A DNA stretch of 44,773 bases from Candidatus Kaiserbacteria bacterium. Its GTDB lineage: Bacteria > Patescibacteriota > Minisyncoccia > Phycocordibacterales > UBA2100. Positions 1 to 8,429 of the stretch are shown one piece after another (position 1 is the stretch's first letter; each line of letters begins with the position of its first letter). Below the pieces are notes generated by a model that was not told the DNA's origin, searched no databases, and saw only the letters and a list, made by a program, of their open reading frames with translations. The position numbers and the translations under genes are program-made. The stretch spans positions 1 through 44,773 of the forward strand of contig JAYTPG010000058.1 of NCBI GenBank assembly GCA_043747375.1, read 5' to 3'.

Positions 1-621
1 ACGTCGCTCGGCGCATACGGCGCCCCTTCAATCTCAGGTGTTTCGGGCCCAAACACGATTTCAGTAAACACAAGTGGTACGTGGACTCTCTCGATCAACA
101 ATCAGTTCAACTCGAATTACACCAGCGTTTCTGTAAATTGGGGGGATCCTGTTTACGGCGCATATGCTTCTGCTCCGCAGCAAGCAAATGGCTCGCAGAC
201 GCTTTCTTTCTCGCACAGTTATACACAAGCGGGCTCCTACACCATCGTCTTTACCGCGACGAATGCCGGCGGACAATCTGCAACGGCGTCAGTGACCGTA
301 AACGTCACCGGTTCTGCAAGTGGCCTCTCAATTTCGTATCTTTCTCCAACGGCAGGACGCGTCGGAACGCAAGTAATCATTCAGGGCAGCGCCTTTTCCG
401 CGCTCGACAACACGGTGCACTTTGGTCAGGGCGGCACACTACACGTTCCATCTCAAAACGGAAACACGATCTACTACACGATTCCTTCGTACGCATCATC
501 ATGCGACATCATGCCGGGAAATCAGTGTTTCTACGCGCAGCCCGTTAATGCCGGCTCGTACCAGATTTACGTAACAAACTCAAACGGCACAAGCAATTCT
601 CTTACGTTCACGGTTCTCTAG
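1..621 (+). CDS. Surface/secreted protein fragment with a PKD domain followed by an IPT/TIG domain (5' end lies outside the window)
   Basis: Frame 1 is open from nt 1 to TAG 619-621, so the 109-aa track ORF is only the tail. ...SVNWGDPVYG...SFSHSYTQAGSYTIVFTATNAGGQSATASVTV fits the PKD pattern (WxxGD...HxY..GxYxV). LSISYLSPTAGRVGTQVIIQGSAF...VHFG fits IPT/TIG. Confidence 0.7.
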   Translation, partial: TSLGAYGAPSISGVSGPNTISVNTSGTWTLSINNQFNSNYTSVSVNWGDPVYGAYASAPQQANGSQTLSFSHSYTQAGSYTIVFTATNAGGQSATASVTVNVTGSASGLSISYLSPTAGRVGTQVIIQGSAFSALDNTVHFGQGGTLHVPSQNGNTIYYTIPSYASSCDIMPGNQCFYAQPVNAGSYQIYVTNSNGTSNSLTFTVL

Positions 622-625
622 TCGT

Positions 626-1273
626 ATGATTTTCACGAGGGGTCGAATAACTACGGTTCTGTTTGTAGTCATTGTTCTCTTACTCGTACTCATTGCGCCC
701 TCGATATTTATTCGAGATTCTATTTCAGATTTCTTGTTTACGAAGACGTCCGACATTAAATTTTCCGACGTAGTCCTTATTCCTGGCGCATCGGTCGTGC
801 GCGGAGCGCCGTCTGCGATCTTGCGGTCTCGATCAGACGCCGCGGTCGCGCTGTATCAAGGTGCGCGCGCATCAAATATTTTGGTAAGTGGAGACAATGG
901 CGCAAAGGAATATGACGAAGTGACTCCTGTTGTCGCGTACTTGATTGACTCCGGCATTCCCAAGAAAGATATTATTGTTGACCGCGGTGGTTTCGACACC
1001 TTCACAAGTCTCTTCCGTGCGCGAGAGACACTCGGCTTTCGCTCCATTGTAATTGTGACCCAGGACTTTCACGTGGCTCGCGCCGTCTTTATCGCTCGTG
1101 CGCTTGGGCTCGATGCGCGTGGGTTTGCGACTCCCGGAGGGCGGTTCTTTGACTATGTTCGGGAACTTCCTGCGTCGTGGAAAGCGGTTCTCGATATTGG
1201 ATTTAATCGCACTCCATCGACCGAAGGTGATTTACCGATTTTCACGAAGAACCCCTCGACCCGAACTGAGTGA
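626..1273 (+). CDS. sanA: SanA/YdcF-like DUF218 membrane protein
   Basis: N-terminal TM helix, then ILVSGDNGAKEYDEV...VDRGGFDTFTSL...IVTQDFHVARAVFIA. This parallels E. coli SanA LLSGDN..YNE..DYAGFRTLDS..ITQRFHCERALFIA. Confidence 0.75.
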   Translation: MIFTRGRITTVLFVVIVLLLVLIAPSIFIRDSISDFLFTKTSDIKFSDVVLIPGASVVRGAPSAILRSRSDAAVALYQGARASNILVSGDNGAKEYDEVTPVVAYLIDSGIPKKDIIVDRGGFDTFTSLFRARETLGFRSIVIVTQDFHVARAVFIARALGLDARGFATPGGRFFDYVRELPASWKAVLDIGFNRTPSTEGDLPIFTKNPSTRTE

Positions 1274-2037
1274 AGAATGCTATCATTCCCTCGATGAATA
1301 CCGTGCTCGAGGTTAAAAATTTGCAGAAATCGTACGGTCCAAAACAAGCCGTCAAAGACGTTTCTTTTTCGATTTCAAAAAATGAGATCGTAGCTTTATT
1401 GGGGCCAAATGGAGCTGGCAAAACAACCACACTCAGCATGATTCTTGGAGTGTTGACCCCAACATCGGGCTCGATAAGGCTACATACACATAGTCTCGAA
1501 CACGACCGCACCGCATTTCTCGAACAAACGAATTTCGCCGCTGCCTATGCGCAGCTGCCCGGGAATCTTTCGGTCATTGAGAATCTGAGAATCTTCGGAA
1601 TGATTTATTGCATTCCGGATCGTGAGGAAAAAATTCAAGCCTTACTTTCAGAATTTAATCTTGAGAAGTTCCGTAATACTAAAGTCGGCCTACTTTCTTC
1701 CGGAGAGCAGATGCGTGTTTCTCTTGCGAAAGCTATGTTAAATAATCCGCAATTGCTCTTGCTCGATGAGCCGACGTCTTCTCTCGACCCATCTACCGCG
1801 GAAATAATTCGAGAGGGGATCTGGACGTTTGCGCACGCGGGCTCGGGGTGCGTGCTCTGGACTTCACACAATATGCACGAGGTGACTGCCGTTTGTGATC
1901 GCGTACTTTTTCTCTCTCACGGAAAAATCCTTCTCGAGGGTGATCCGAAGACGTTACCGGAGATGCACGGCAAGAAAAATCTCGAGGAATTATTTATTGC
2001 GGTGGCGCGTGAACCACTTTCTTTTGATCTCGAATAA
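1270..2037 (+). CDS. ABC transporter ATP-binding protein (ABC-2 type exporter)
   Basis: Walker A GPNGAGKTT, signature LSSGEQ, Walker B LLLLDEPTSSLD. GTG 1270 overlaps the sanA stop. In-frame ATG 1294 (MNTVLEVKNL) is an alternative start. Confidence 0.9.
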   Translation: MKNAIIPSMNTVLEVKNLQKSYGPKQAVKDVSFSISKNEIVALLGPNGAGKTTTLSMILGVLTPTSGSIRLHTHSLEHDRTAFLEQTNFAAAYAQLPGNLSVIENLRIFGMIYCIPDREEKIQALLSEFNLEKFRNTKVGLLSSGEQMRVSLAKAMLNNPQLLLLDEPTSSLDPSTAEIIREGIWTFAHAGSGCVLWTSHNMHEVTAVCDRVLFLSHGKILLEGDPKTLPEMHGKKNLEELFIAVAREPLSFDLE

Positions 2038-2038
2038 T

Positions 2039-2845
2039 ATGAAATACGAACGAGCACTTGCAATTACGTATCGCTACTTTCTTCTCGTACGAGGGAACTG
2101 GACGAGAGCGTTTCAAATATTTATCTGGGGAGCGATTGACATTGTACTATGGGGTTTTATCACAAGATACTTAGATTCAGTCGGCGGGCAGAGTGTGAAT
2201 TTTACGACCGTTTTCCTCGGGGCCGTCATTCTCTGGGAATTTGTCACGCGTGCTCAGCAGGGTGTCTCTTCGCCGTTTTTGGAAGATATATGGTCACGCA
2301 ATTTGCTTAATCTGTTCGGCTCACCGCTTTCCGTGGGAGAATATTTATTCGGCCTCCTCGTTACGAGCATCCTGACCAGTATTGCGGGCTTCGCGGTGCT
2401 CGTGCTCTTTGCGGCATATGCGTTCGGTTTTCCGCTCTGGAGTATTGGTCTACCTGTCCTGGCATTTCTGGGAATTCTTTTTATTTTTGGCAGTGTGCTC
2501 GGTGTTGTTGCAATTAGCATACTGCTTCGCTTTGGCCCCTCGGCAGAATGGTTTGTCTGGCCAATTCCCGCAATACTTTCTCCGTTCGTCGGCGTCTTCT
2601 ATCCCGTCAGCGTCCTTCCCGTGTGGATGCAATCAATCGCGCACGTGCTCCCCGTATCATATGTATTTGAGAATCTGAGGTCACTCAGTACAGAAGGGAC
2701 TTTCTCTTCGTCCGAACTACTGTTAGCGACGGGGCTCGATTTTGTTCTTCTAGGAGCGGCGTGCCTGTTGTTTGTCTATATTCATCGTCGCGCACTTCAA
2801 TCGGGCGCGATAGCGCGATTTAGCGCGGAATCATATAGTGGGTAA
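2039..2845 (+). CDS. ABC-2 type transporter permease
   Basis: ATG 2039 lies 1 nt after the ATPase stop. Multi-pass hydrophobic protein. The track ORF start at 1895 overlaps the ATPase gene and is not used. Confidence 0.75.
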   Translation: MKYERALAITYRYFLLVRGNWTRAFQIFIWGAIDIVLWGFITRYLDSVGGQSVNFTTVFLGAVILWEFVTRAQQGVSSPFLEDIWSRNLLNLFGSPLSVGEYLFGLLVTSILTSIAGFAVLVLFAAYAFGFPLWSIGLPVLAFLGILFIFGSVLGVVAISILLRFGPSAEWFVWPIPAILSPFVGVFYPVSVLPVWMQSIAHVLPVSYVFENLRSLSTEGTFSSSELLLATGLDFVLLGAACLLFVYIHRRALQSGAIARFSAESYSG

Positions 2846-2890
2846 ATCTTTCCCATGAAAGATGATCGGGGTATACTGCGTCTATAACGT

Positions 2891-4084
2891 ATGAGGACAT
2901 TTCTTAGTCTTTCTTTGGCGGTAGCTTTTGCGTTGCCGTTTTCCGCGAGCGCTTCGTCGAAATTTGAAGTCACTGGCTGGATTCCATATTGGCGTAGCGC
3001 GACAGGCACTGGTGACACCCTCCCGCACCTCAATTCATTGAGTGAGGTAAATCCTTTTGTGTACTCGGTAAAAACAAACGGCACGATCGTCGACAATGGC
3101 TCGCTCGATGAGGAGCCATGGCTTTCCTTTATCGCCGAGGCGAAAAAACAAAAGGTGCGCGTGATACCGACTATTATGTGGAGTAATGGCGACGCCATTC
3201 ATGCGATTCTTTCAAGCGGCCCGCTTCGCCGTTCCTTTGAAGATCACATTGTAAAATTGGTGAAGCAAAATAAGTTCGACGGCATCGATATCGACTTTGA
3301 GGGAAAGCATGCGGAAGACAAAGATAACTTTTCTATTTTTCTGAAAGGCCTGTATCAGCGCATCGGCACGAAGTGGCTCATGTGTACTATTGAGTCTCGT
3401 ACGCCAAACGAATCACGTTATTTTGGTACCGACATTCCGCCGGACGCGACAATATATGCAAACGATCTTGTCGCGATAAATAAGTATTGCGACCGCGTTC
3501 GAGTAATGGCGTACGACCAGCAGGGAGTCGATCAACATCTTGCAACACTCGCGGCGTCTTCCTCGCAACTCTATGCGCCTGTGGGTGACCCTGCCTGGGT
3601 TGAAAAAGTTGTAAACCTTATGTCAAAAAACATTAAGAAAAGCAAAATGTTGATCGGTGTGCCTACATATGGGTACGAATACGATGTGACGGCATATGCG
3701 AACAAGCAGTATCTGTACGATATTCTCTGGACCTTTAATCCTGGCTACGCGACTTCGATTGCGGCGCAGTATGGAATCACACCCACCAGAAACGCGGCAG
3801 GCGAAATGTATTTCACCTACACGCCCAATGCAAACGTTGCCTCAACTTCGCCAACGTCTCTCGGACCAAATTCTGCACTACTCGCTTCTGCTGCATCAGA
3901 TCTCTACGCAACAACGTACAATTCACATCTCGCATTTCGGCTCATTGATTGGAGCGATGCTGAGTCGATTCGCCAGAAGATCGAACTTGCAAAGGAGCTC
4001 GGAATCAGGGGCATTTCCATTTTCAAACTCGACGGTGGGCAAGATCCGAAACTGTGGAGCGTTCTTGAGGGGGTAAAGAAATAA
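2891..4084 (+). CDS. Secreted glycoside hydrolase family 18 (chitinase / peptidoglycan hydrolase-like)
   Basis: Signal peptide MRTFLSLSLAVAFALPFSASA. GH18 catalytic motif FDGIDIDFE (DxxDxDxE). Confidence 0.8.
   Translation: MRTFLSLSLAVAFALPFSASASSKFEVTGWIPYWRSATGTGDTLPHLNSLSEVNPFVYSVKTNGTIVDNGSLDEEPWLSFIAEAKKQKVRVIPTIMWSNGDAIHAILSSGPLRRSFEDHIVKLVKQNKFDGIDIDFEGKHAEDKDNFSIFLKGLYQRIGTKWLMCTIESRTPNESRYFGTDIPPDATIYANDLVAINKYCDRVRVMAYDQQGVDQHLATLAASSSQLYAPVGDPAWVEKVVNLMSKNIKKSKMLIGVPTYGYEYDVTAYANKQYLYDILWTFNPGYATSIAAQYGITPTRNAAGEMYFTYTPNANVASTSPTSLGPNSALLASAASDLYATTYNSHLAFRLIDWSDAESIRQKIELAKELGIRGISIFKLDGGQDPKLWSVLEGVKK
4041..4073. repeat. Direct repeat copy 1 (functional 3' end of the GH18 gene)
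   Basis: aagatccgaaactgtggagcgttcttgaggggg, encoding ..DPKLWSVLEG... An 18-nt perfect core tggagcgttcttgagggg at 4055-4072 recurs at 4665-4682. Confidence 0.9.
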
Positions 4085-4092
4085 TCGTTCTC

Positions 4093-4590
4093 GTGAAACC
4101 GAAACTTTTTGTTTTTATCGGGAAGCCGGGCGCAGGAAAAAGCACCATTATAAGAAAGTTGTTCCCGCGGAGAGAGGTCGTCGATGTGGCGCCGTTCGTT
4201 TTAAAAACCAAAAGGCGGGGAGCTGTCTCTGACAGCAATTCATTACGTGGCTATCGAAACATGTATCAAGAATTTTGGAAAAAGAAAACAATTCGTGCAC
4301 TCGAGATTGGAACAGGATTCCCTGCCTTTAATGTACGGCAATTGAAAAAAATGACTGCGAAGTTCGACATTACGGTATTTCTCCTTGATGTATCATCTGC
4401 GATCGCACTCACTCGTGTGAAAAGACGAGCAACGCTTTTTGATACTGAAGCTTTACAGAGGCGTCTTACGCGGAGGTTTCCAGAAAAACACAAACTTTTT
4501 CTAGATAACATTGGATTGCCGAATCGCGTCATACAAACAGATCGACCTTTGTCCATAACGATACAAGCCTTCAAGAAAATGATTGCGTAA
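4093..4590 (+). CDS. Small P-loop NTPase / kinase-like protein
   Basis: GTG start. Walker A GKPGAGKST at aa 10-17. 165 aa. No narrower family is recognisable by eye. Confidence 0.55.
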   Translation: MKPKLFVFIGKPGAGKSTIIRKLFPRREVVDVAPFVLKTKRRGAVSDSNSLRGYRNMYQEFWKKKTIRALEIGTGFPAFNVRQLKKMTAKFDITVFLLDVSSAIALTRVKRRATLFDTEALQRRLTRRFPEKHKLFLDNIGLPNRVIQTDRPLSITIQAFKKMIA

Positions 4591-4650
4591 AACTGAGCGC
4601 ATCGGTGTTTCTCGATTAAAGCGTTATCGTAAGGTTCGACCTTACGGTAA

Positions 4651-4685
4651 AAGAACCGAGACTCTGGAGCGTTCTTGAGGGGTAA
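4651..4685. repeat. Direct repeat copy 2 (non-coding relic of a GH18 3' end)
   Basis: aagaaccgagactctggagcgttcttgaggggtaa. In the matching frame it reads EPRLWSVLEG-stop, against DPKLWSVLEG in the live gene. The relic frame is closed upstream by TAA 4617-4619. Confidence 0.85.
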
Positions 4686-4717
4686 AAAACAGGGGATTGC
4701 AATTTGTGTGCGTAGTG

Positions 4718-4723
4718 TAGAAT
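4718..4723 (+). promoter_or_regulatory. -10 box TAGAAT placed 7 nt before ATG 4731 (leaderless-type promoter)
   Basis: gtgTAGAATactcctcATG. No Shine-Dalgarno sequence is present. Confidence 0.4.
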
Positions 4724-4730
4724 ACTCCTC

Positions 4731-5498
4731 ATGCCTGAACAAAATATGAGCGGCTCTGCCGCGCCGACCATGTCGGCCAAAAAAGATTATTCTTCACTTT
4801 ATTTACCACTCGCGATAGTTCTTGCGGGTGCACTTATTGCCGTCGGCCTTTTCTTCGGACTTTCCGGAAAGAACGGCGTAGCTTCTGCTGGTAATCCGCC
4901 TTCAGTAAAGGCAGTGAACGTCAAAGACGTAAAGACAGACGGCGATCCGTTTATAGGAAAGCAAGATGCCCCAGTCACGATGGCGTACTGGTACGATTAC
5001 CAGTGCCCGTTCTGCAAAGCTGTTGATGTAGGAGGCATTCCGCAAATTCCTGTTACTCCTGCGTTCCCGACCCTTATAAAAGATTATGTAAATACCGGAA
5101 AACTTAGAATAATTTTTAAGGATTATCCTTTTCTTGGAAATGACTCCGTAACGGCAGCGATGTACGCACATGCGGTATGGGACACGTACCCAGACAAATT
5201 CTATGTGTGGCATGAGGCAATGTTTAAAGCTCAAGACGCCGAGGGAGATCAAGGGTTCGGTAATGAAGAAACTATCCTCGCACTCGTAAAGAAAATTCCT
5301 GGTCTTGATGCTGGTAAATTGAAGGCTGTTGTCGCACAAAACAAAGACTCGTACAAAAAAATAATGGATGCTAACCGAGCGGAAGGTGCAACGTTTGGTA
5401 TCCAGGGAACTCCCGGATTCATCATTGGAACCGTAAAAATAGACGGTGCAGAGGATCTTAAAGCATTTACTGCCGCTATTGATGGTCAGTTGAAATAA
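4731..5498 (+). CDS. Membrane-anchored DsbA-family thiol:disulfide oxidoreductase
   Basis: N-terminal TM helix. Thioredoxin-fold active site YDYQCPFCK (CPFC). Confidence 0.8.
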   Translation: MPEQNMSGSAAPTMSAKKDYSSLYLPLAIVLAGALIAVGLFFGLSGKNGVASAGNPPSVKAVNVKDVKTDGDPFIGKQDAPVTMAYWYDYQCPFCKAVDVGGIPQIPVTPAFPTLIKDYVNTGKLRIIFKDYPFLGNDSVTAAMYAHAVWDTYPDKFYVWHEAMFKAQDAEGDQGFGNEETILALVKKIPGLDAGKLKAVVAQNKDSYKKIMDANRAEGATFGIQGTPGFIIGTVKIDGAEDLKAFTAAIDGQLK

Positions 5499-5500
5499 AT

Positions 5501-5920
5501 ATGGGAATCGAGTCAGGTAGTAATGGCGGTTCTTCAGAAGAAGAAAAAGACAACATTACTTCGTATTCCGAGTTTTCCGAAAAACAAGCGCAAAAAGATC
5601 TGGCAGAAGCCAAACGAAGCATTATTGAATTTTCAGACACCATCACTTCTTTTCTGGAAAGAGCAGATCGCGAAACTGATAAAAAAGAAATTGAGACACA
5701 GATTAAGAACATTATCGGCAGAACCAGTGCGTTTGCTTCAGAACATAAAGATGCGCCCGTAGACCCCGCTCTCTTCAAAAGTGTGGGAGAACAATTAAAC
5801 ATAGCCGAAGAAATCCTTGATTCGGGTAATCTTATTGCAAGCAAAAAAGCCGCAAAAGATGCCGCAGTAATTTTTACAAATGCCCTCTCGGAAGCGTATT
5901 TTGGCACTGACAAAAAATGA
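5501..5920 (+). CDS. Hypothetical protein (acidic, Lys/Glu-rich)
   Basis: ATG lies 3 nt after the upstream stop and the ORF fills the gap to msrB. No recognisable motif. Confidence 0.5.
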   Translation: MGIESGSNGGSSEEEKDNITSYSEFSEKQAQKDLAEAKRSIIEFSDTITSFLERADRETDKKEIETQIKNIIGRTSAFASEHKDAPVDPALFKSVGEQLNIAEEILDSGNLIASKKAAKDAAVIFTNALSEAYFGTDKK

Positions 5921-5926
5921 TACAGT
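5918..5926 (+). promoter_or_regulatory. Extended -10 TGaTACAGT, 6 nt before ATG 5933 (leaderless-type)
   Basis: aaTGaTACAGTgttcgtATG. The box overlaps the stop codon of the upstream gene. Confidence 0.4.
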
Positions 5927-5932
5927 GTTCGT

Positions 5933-6328
5933 ATGGACAAGAAACCAATGCCAGAAAATGAAGAAGGGTGGGAGAAAATGCTGACCCCCGAACAATACAA
6001 AGTGTTGCGCGAGAAAGGCACTGAAGCGCCTTTTACGGGTGAGTATGTTCATGAAAAAGCGGATGGTACATATGGCTGTGTCGCTTGCGGCAATCCGCTT
6101 TTTAGTTCAGACGCGAAATTTGATTCAGGAACAGGATGGCCATCTTTTGATCAGGCTTTGCCGGGTGCCATTGAGCAGCATCGCGACGCAACTCATGGCA
6201 TGGAGCGAGTAGAGATTACGTGCGGCCGTTGCGGCTCACATCTGGGGCATGTCTTCGACGATGGACCCACCAAAACTGGCAAACGATATTGCATCAATTC
6301 CGTCTGCCTGGATTTGGAAGAAAAATAG
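5933..6328 (+). CDS. msrB: Peptide-methionine (R)-S-oxide reductase
   Basis: Zn-binding CxxC pairs ([21 protein letters not shown]), GTGWPSF, and catalytic RYCINS. Confidence 0.9.
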   Translation: MDKKPMPENEEGWEKMLTPEQYKVLREKGTEAPFTGEYVHEKADGTYGCVACGNPLFSSDAKFDSGTGWPSFDQALPGAIEQHRDATHGMERVEITCGRCGSHLGHVFDDGPTKTGKRYCINSVCLDLEEK

Positions 6329-6332
6329 AGAT

Positions 6333-6361
6333 TTGTTCCCGCAACGCTCTTGAGTTAGGCT
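6333..6361 (+). promoter_or_regulatory. Promoter TTGTTC-17-TAGGCT, 6 nt before ATG 6368 (leaderless-type)
   Basis: TTGTTC at 6333-6338, a 17-nt spacer, TAGGCT at 6356-6361, then gtcttgATG. Confidence 0.45.
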
Positions 6362-6367
6362 GTCTTG

Positions 6368-7294
6368 ATGAGACTTCTTATCAATCTTGCTCTTTTGCTT
6401 GCGCTTGGAATCGGGGCGTTCTTTTTTCAAAGAGAGATCCGAGTGACCTTTCATGAGGTGGCGCGACTCGTCGCCCCGTGCACTCTTCCGGTCACCTACA
6501 CGCTCGGGAGCATCGACGCAAATTTTGGAATTAAGACGGAGCAGCTCCAAGAAGATGTGCGCGCCGCGGCTAAGCTCTGGAATGATGCGGCAGGGAAGAA
6601 ACTAATTGAGCAAAGTCCAAATGGCGTCGTATCTGTCGATCTCCATTACGATATTCGACAAGAAACCACCACCCGCTTGAAAGTGCTTGGGATTACCATT
6701 GACGACGACCGCACCACGTATAACGTGGTGAAGTCGAAATACGATACGCTTTTTGCGACGTATGATGCTAAAAAAAGAGATTTCGAAAATCGCGTCTCAG
6801 CATTCAATGTTCGAGAAACAGCGTATGAAAAGAACATATCATATTGGAATTCTCGCGGCGGCGCTCCAAAAGATGAGTTTGCGCGACTGCGCGCGGAGCA
6901 GGAACAGCTAGCCGCTCTTTCTCAAGGCATTAAGACGCTACAGGCAGACGTGAACAGCGACGCTCGAGACATCAATGACCTTGCGGTCGAACTCAATCAT
7001 CTCATTGATGTACTCAACATTGACGCGAAAAAATACAACGCAACCGGCGCAAAAACTGGCGGTGAATTTGAAGAGGGTCTGTACGAGAGGACGCTCGGAA
7101 AAGAAAGTATTACGATCTTTGAATACGACAACAAGGCGCATCTCATTCGCGTTTTAGCGCACGAGCTTGGTCACGCCCTTGGACTCGACCACGTCGACGA
7201 TCCTGAGGCCGTCATGTATTACCTCAACAAAGGCACAAATGTCGCGCTCTCAAAAGCCGACACAAATGCATTGAAAGCCCTGTGTCGAATGTAG
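6368..7294 (+). CDS. Membrane-anchored matrixin-like (M10) zinc metalloprotease
   Basis: HELGHALGLDH zinc motif followed by a Met-turn (EAVMY). N-terminal TM helix and a central coiled-coil-like segment. ATG 6368 is preferred over TTG 6365. Confidence 0.7.
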   Translation: MRLLINLALLLALGIGAFFFQREIRVTFHEVARLVAPCTLPVTYTLGSIDANFGIKTEQLQEDVRAAAKLWNDAAGKKLIEQSPNGVVSVDLHYDIRQETTTRLKVLGITIDDDRTTYNVVKSKYDTLFATYDAKKRDFENRVSAFNVRETAYEKNISYWNSRGGAPKDEFARLRAEQEQLAALSQGIKTLQADVNSDARDINDLAVELNHLIDVLNIDAKKYNATGAKTGGEFEEGLYERTLGKESITIFEYDNKAHLIRVLAHELGHALGLDHVDDPEAVMYYLNKGTNVALSKADTNALKALCRM

Positions 7295-7331
7295 TCTAAA
7301 AAACCGCCTATTCATGAAGTGAATTTTAAGA

Positions 7332-7337
7332 TAAAAT
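7332..7337 (+). promoter_or_regulatory. -10 box TAAAAT, 6 nt before ATG 7344 (leaderless-type)
   Basis: agaTAAAATgcccacATG. Confidence 0.4.
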
Positions 7338-7343
7338 GCCCAC

Positions 7344-8423
7344 ATGCTTGCTCCGCCGTTTTACGACCCAACGAAAAGTTACGAAGAGAATTACGAGGGC
7401 GGTCCATGGAATGGCTTTAAAGACGGGGTAAACATTGTGAGTGAGGGAGAGCCTCACTTTTCCTTTTTAGGCGAAAAGATTCACTATCCGCTCGGAATTC
7501 CAGCAGGACCACTACTCAACAGTGCTTATGTTGGGGCCGCATTTCAAAAGGGTTTCGATGTGCCCATTTACAAAACAGTCCGCAGCGATACTTTTCCGTG
7601 CCACCCGTTCCCCAACGTGCTGTCGGTAAAAATTGATGGCGATTTAACGATTGAAAAAGCAAAACAACCCCTGATTGCGCAGGTCGATTATGTTGAGCCA
7701 CTCTCGATAACGAATTCCTTTGGCGTTCCTTCAAAACCTGCAGCACTTTGGCAAGCGGATGCAAAGAAAGCGGTACAGTTTGCTCAAAAGGGCCAGGTGA
7801 TGATTATGAGTTTTATGGGTACGGTGCGCGAGGGGCAAAGCCCTGACGATTTCGCGGCAGATTTTGCAACGGCGGCCGAACTCTCTGTCTCGACAGGAGC
7901 AAAAATCTTTGAAGTGAATCTCTCGTGCCCAAATATCGGAAACGAAGGGCTCGTTTGTTACAATCTCGATATGACCGAGAACGTCTGCGCCGCAATACGT
8001 GAGAAGCTCGGCTCAAAGCCACTCGTGCTTAAGGTGGGTTATTTTGGAGATGACTCTGAATTGGAAAAGCTTGCAGAAATTGCAAAAAAATATGCGCAAG
8101 GGATTTCTGCAATCAATACCATTGCCGCTCCGGTCGTAAAAAATGACGGCACGCAAGCACTTCCCGGCAGCCCGGTGCGACTTCGCAGTGGTGTCTGCGG
8201 CCACTCGATAAAATGGGCGGGCCTTGAAATGACGCAGCGTCTCGCAGATGCTCGAAAAAAAGTGAACGCTGATTTTGCGATTGTCGGCGTCGGTGGCGTA
8301 ACGGTCCCTGCGGATTTTAAAGAATATCGTGACGCCGGGGCGGATTTGGTTATGAGTGCAACGGGTGCGATGTGGAATCCGTATTTAGCCCGCGACATTA
8401 AAGCCACCTTTCCTGAGGGCTAA
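7344..8423 (+). CDS. Dihydroorotate dehydrogenase-like (class 1 family) FMN oxidoreductase
   Basis: IFEVNLSCPNIG matches the class-1 DHOD/DPD active-site loop (NLSCPN). TIM-barrel-like G-rich C-terminal phosphate-binding segments (VGVGGV, SATGAM). Confidence 0.6.
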   Translation: MLAPPFYDPTKSYEENYEGGPWNGFKDGVNIVSEGEPHFSFLGEKIHYPLGIPAGPLLNSAYVGAAFQKGFDVPIYKTVRSDTFPCHPFPNVLSVKIDGDLTIEKAKQPLIAQVDYVEPLSITNSFGVPSKPAALWQADAKKAVQFAQKGQVMIMSFMGTVREGQSPDDFAADFATAAELSVSTGAKIFEVNLSCPNIGNEGLVCYNLDMTENVCAAIREKLGSKPLVLKVGYFGDDSELEKLAEIAKKYAQGISAINTIAAPVVKNDGTQALPGSPVRLRSGVCGHSIKWAGLEMTQRLADARKKVNADFAIVGVGGVTVPADFKEYRDAGADLVMSATGAMWNPYLARDIKATFPEG

Positions 8424-8429
8424 CACAGC

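Noticed and set aside
1895-2038. Upstream extension of the ABC-2 permease ORF (track start 1895)
   Set aside because: It overlaps the last 143 nt of the ATPase gene in another frame. ATG 2039, 1 nt after the ATPase stop, gives a typical coupled start.
4628-4646. T-arm-like sequence GTAAGGTTCGACCTTAC considered as a tRNA fragment or att site
   Set aside because: It is a 7-bp stem with a 5-nt loop and no acceptor, D or anticodon arms around it. It is interpreted only as a hairpin at the end of the P-loop gene cassette.
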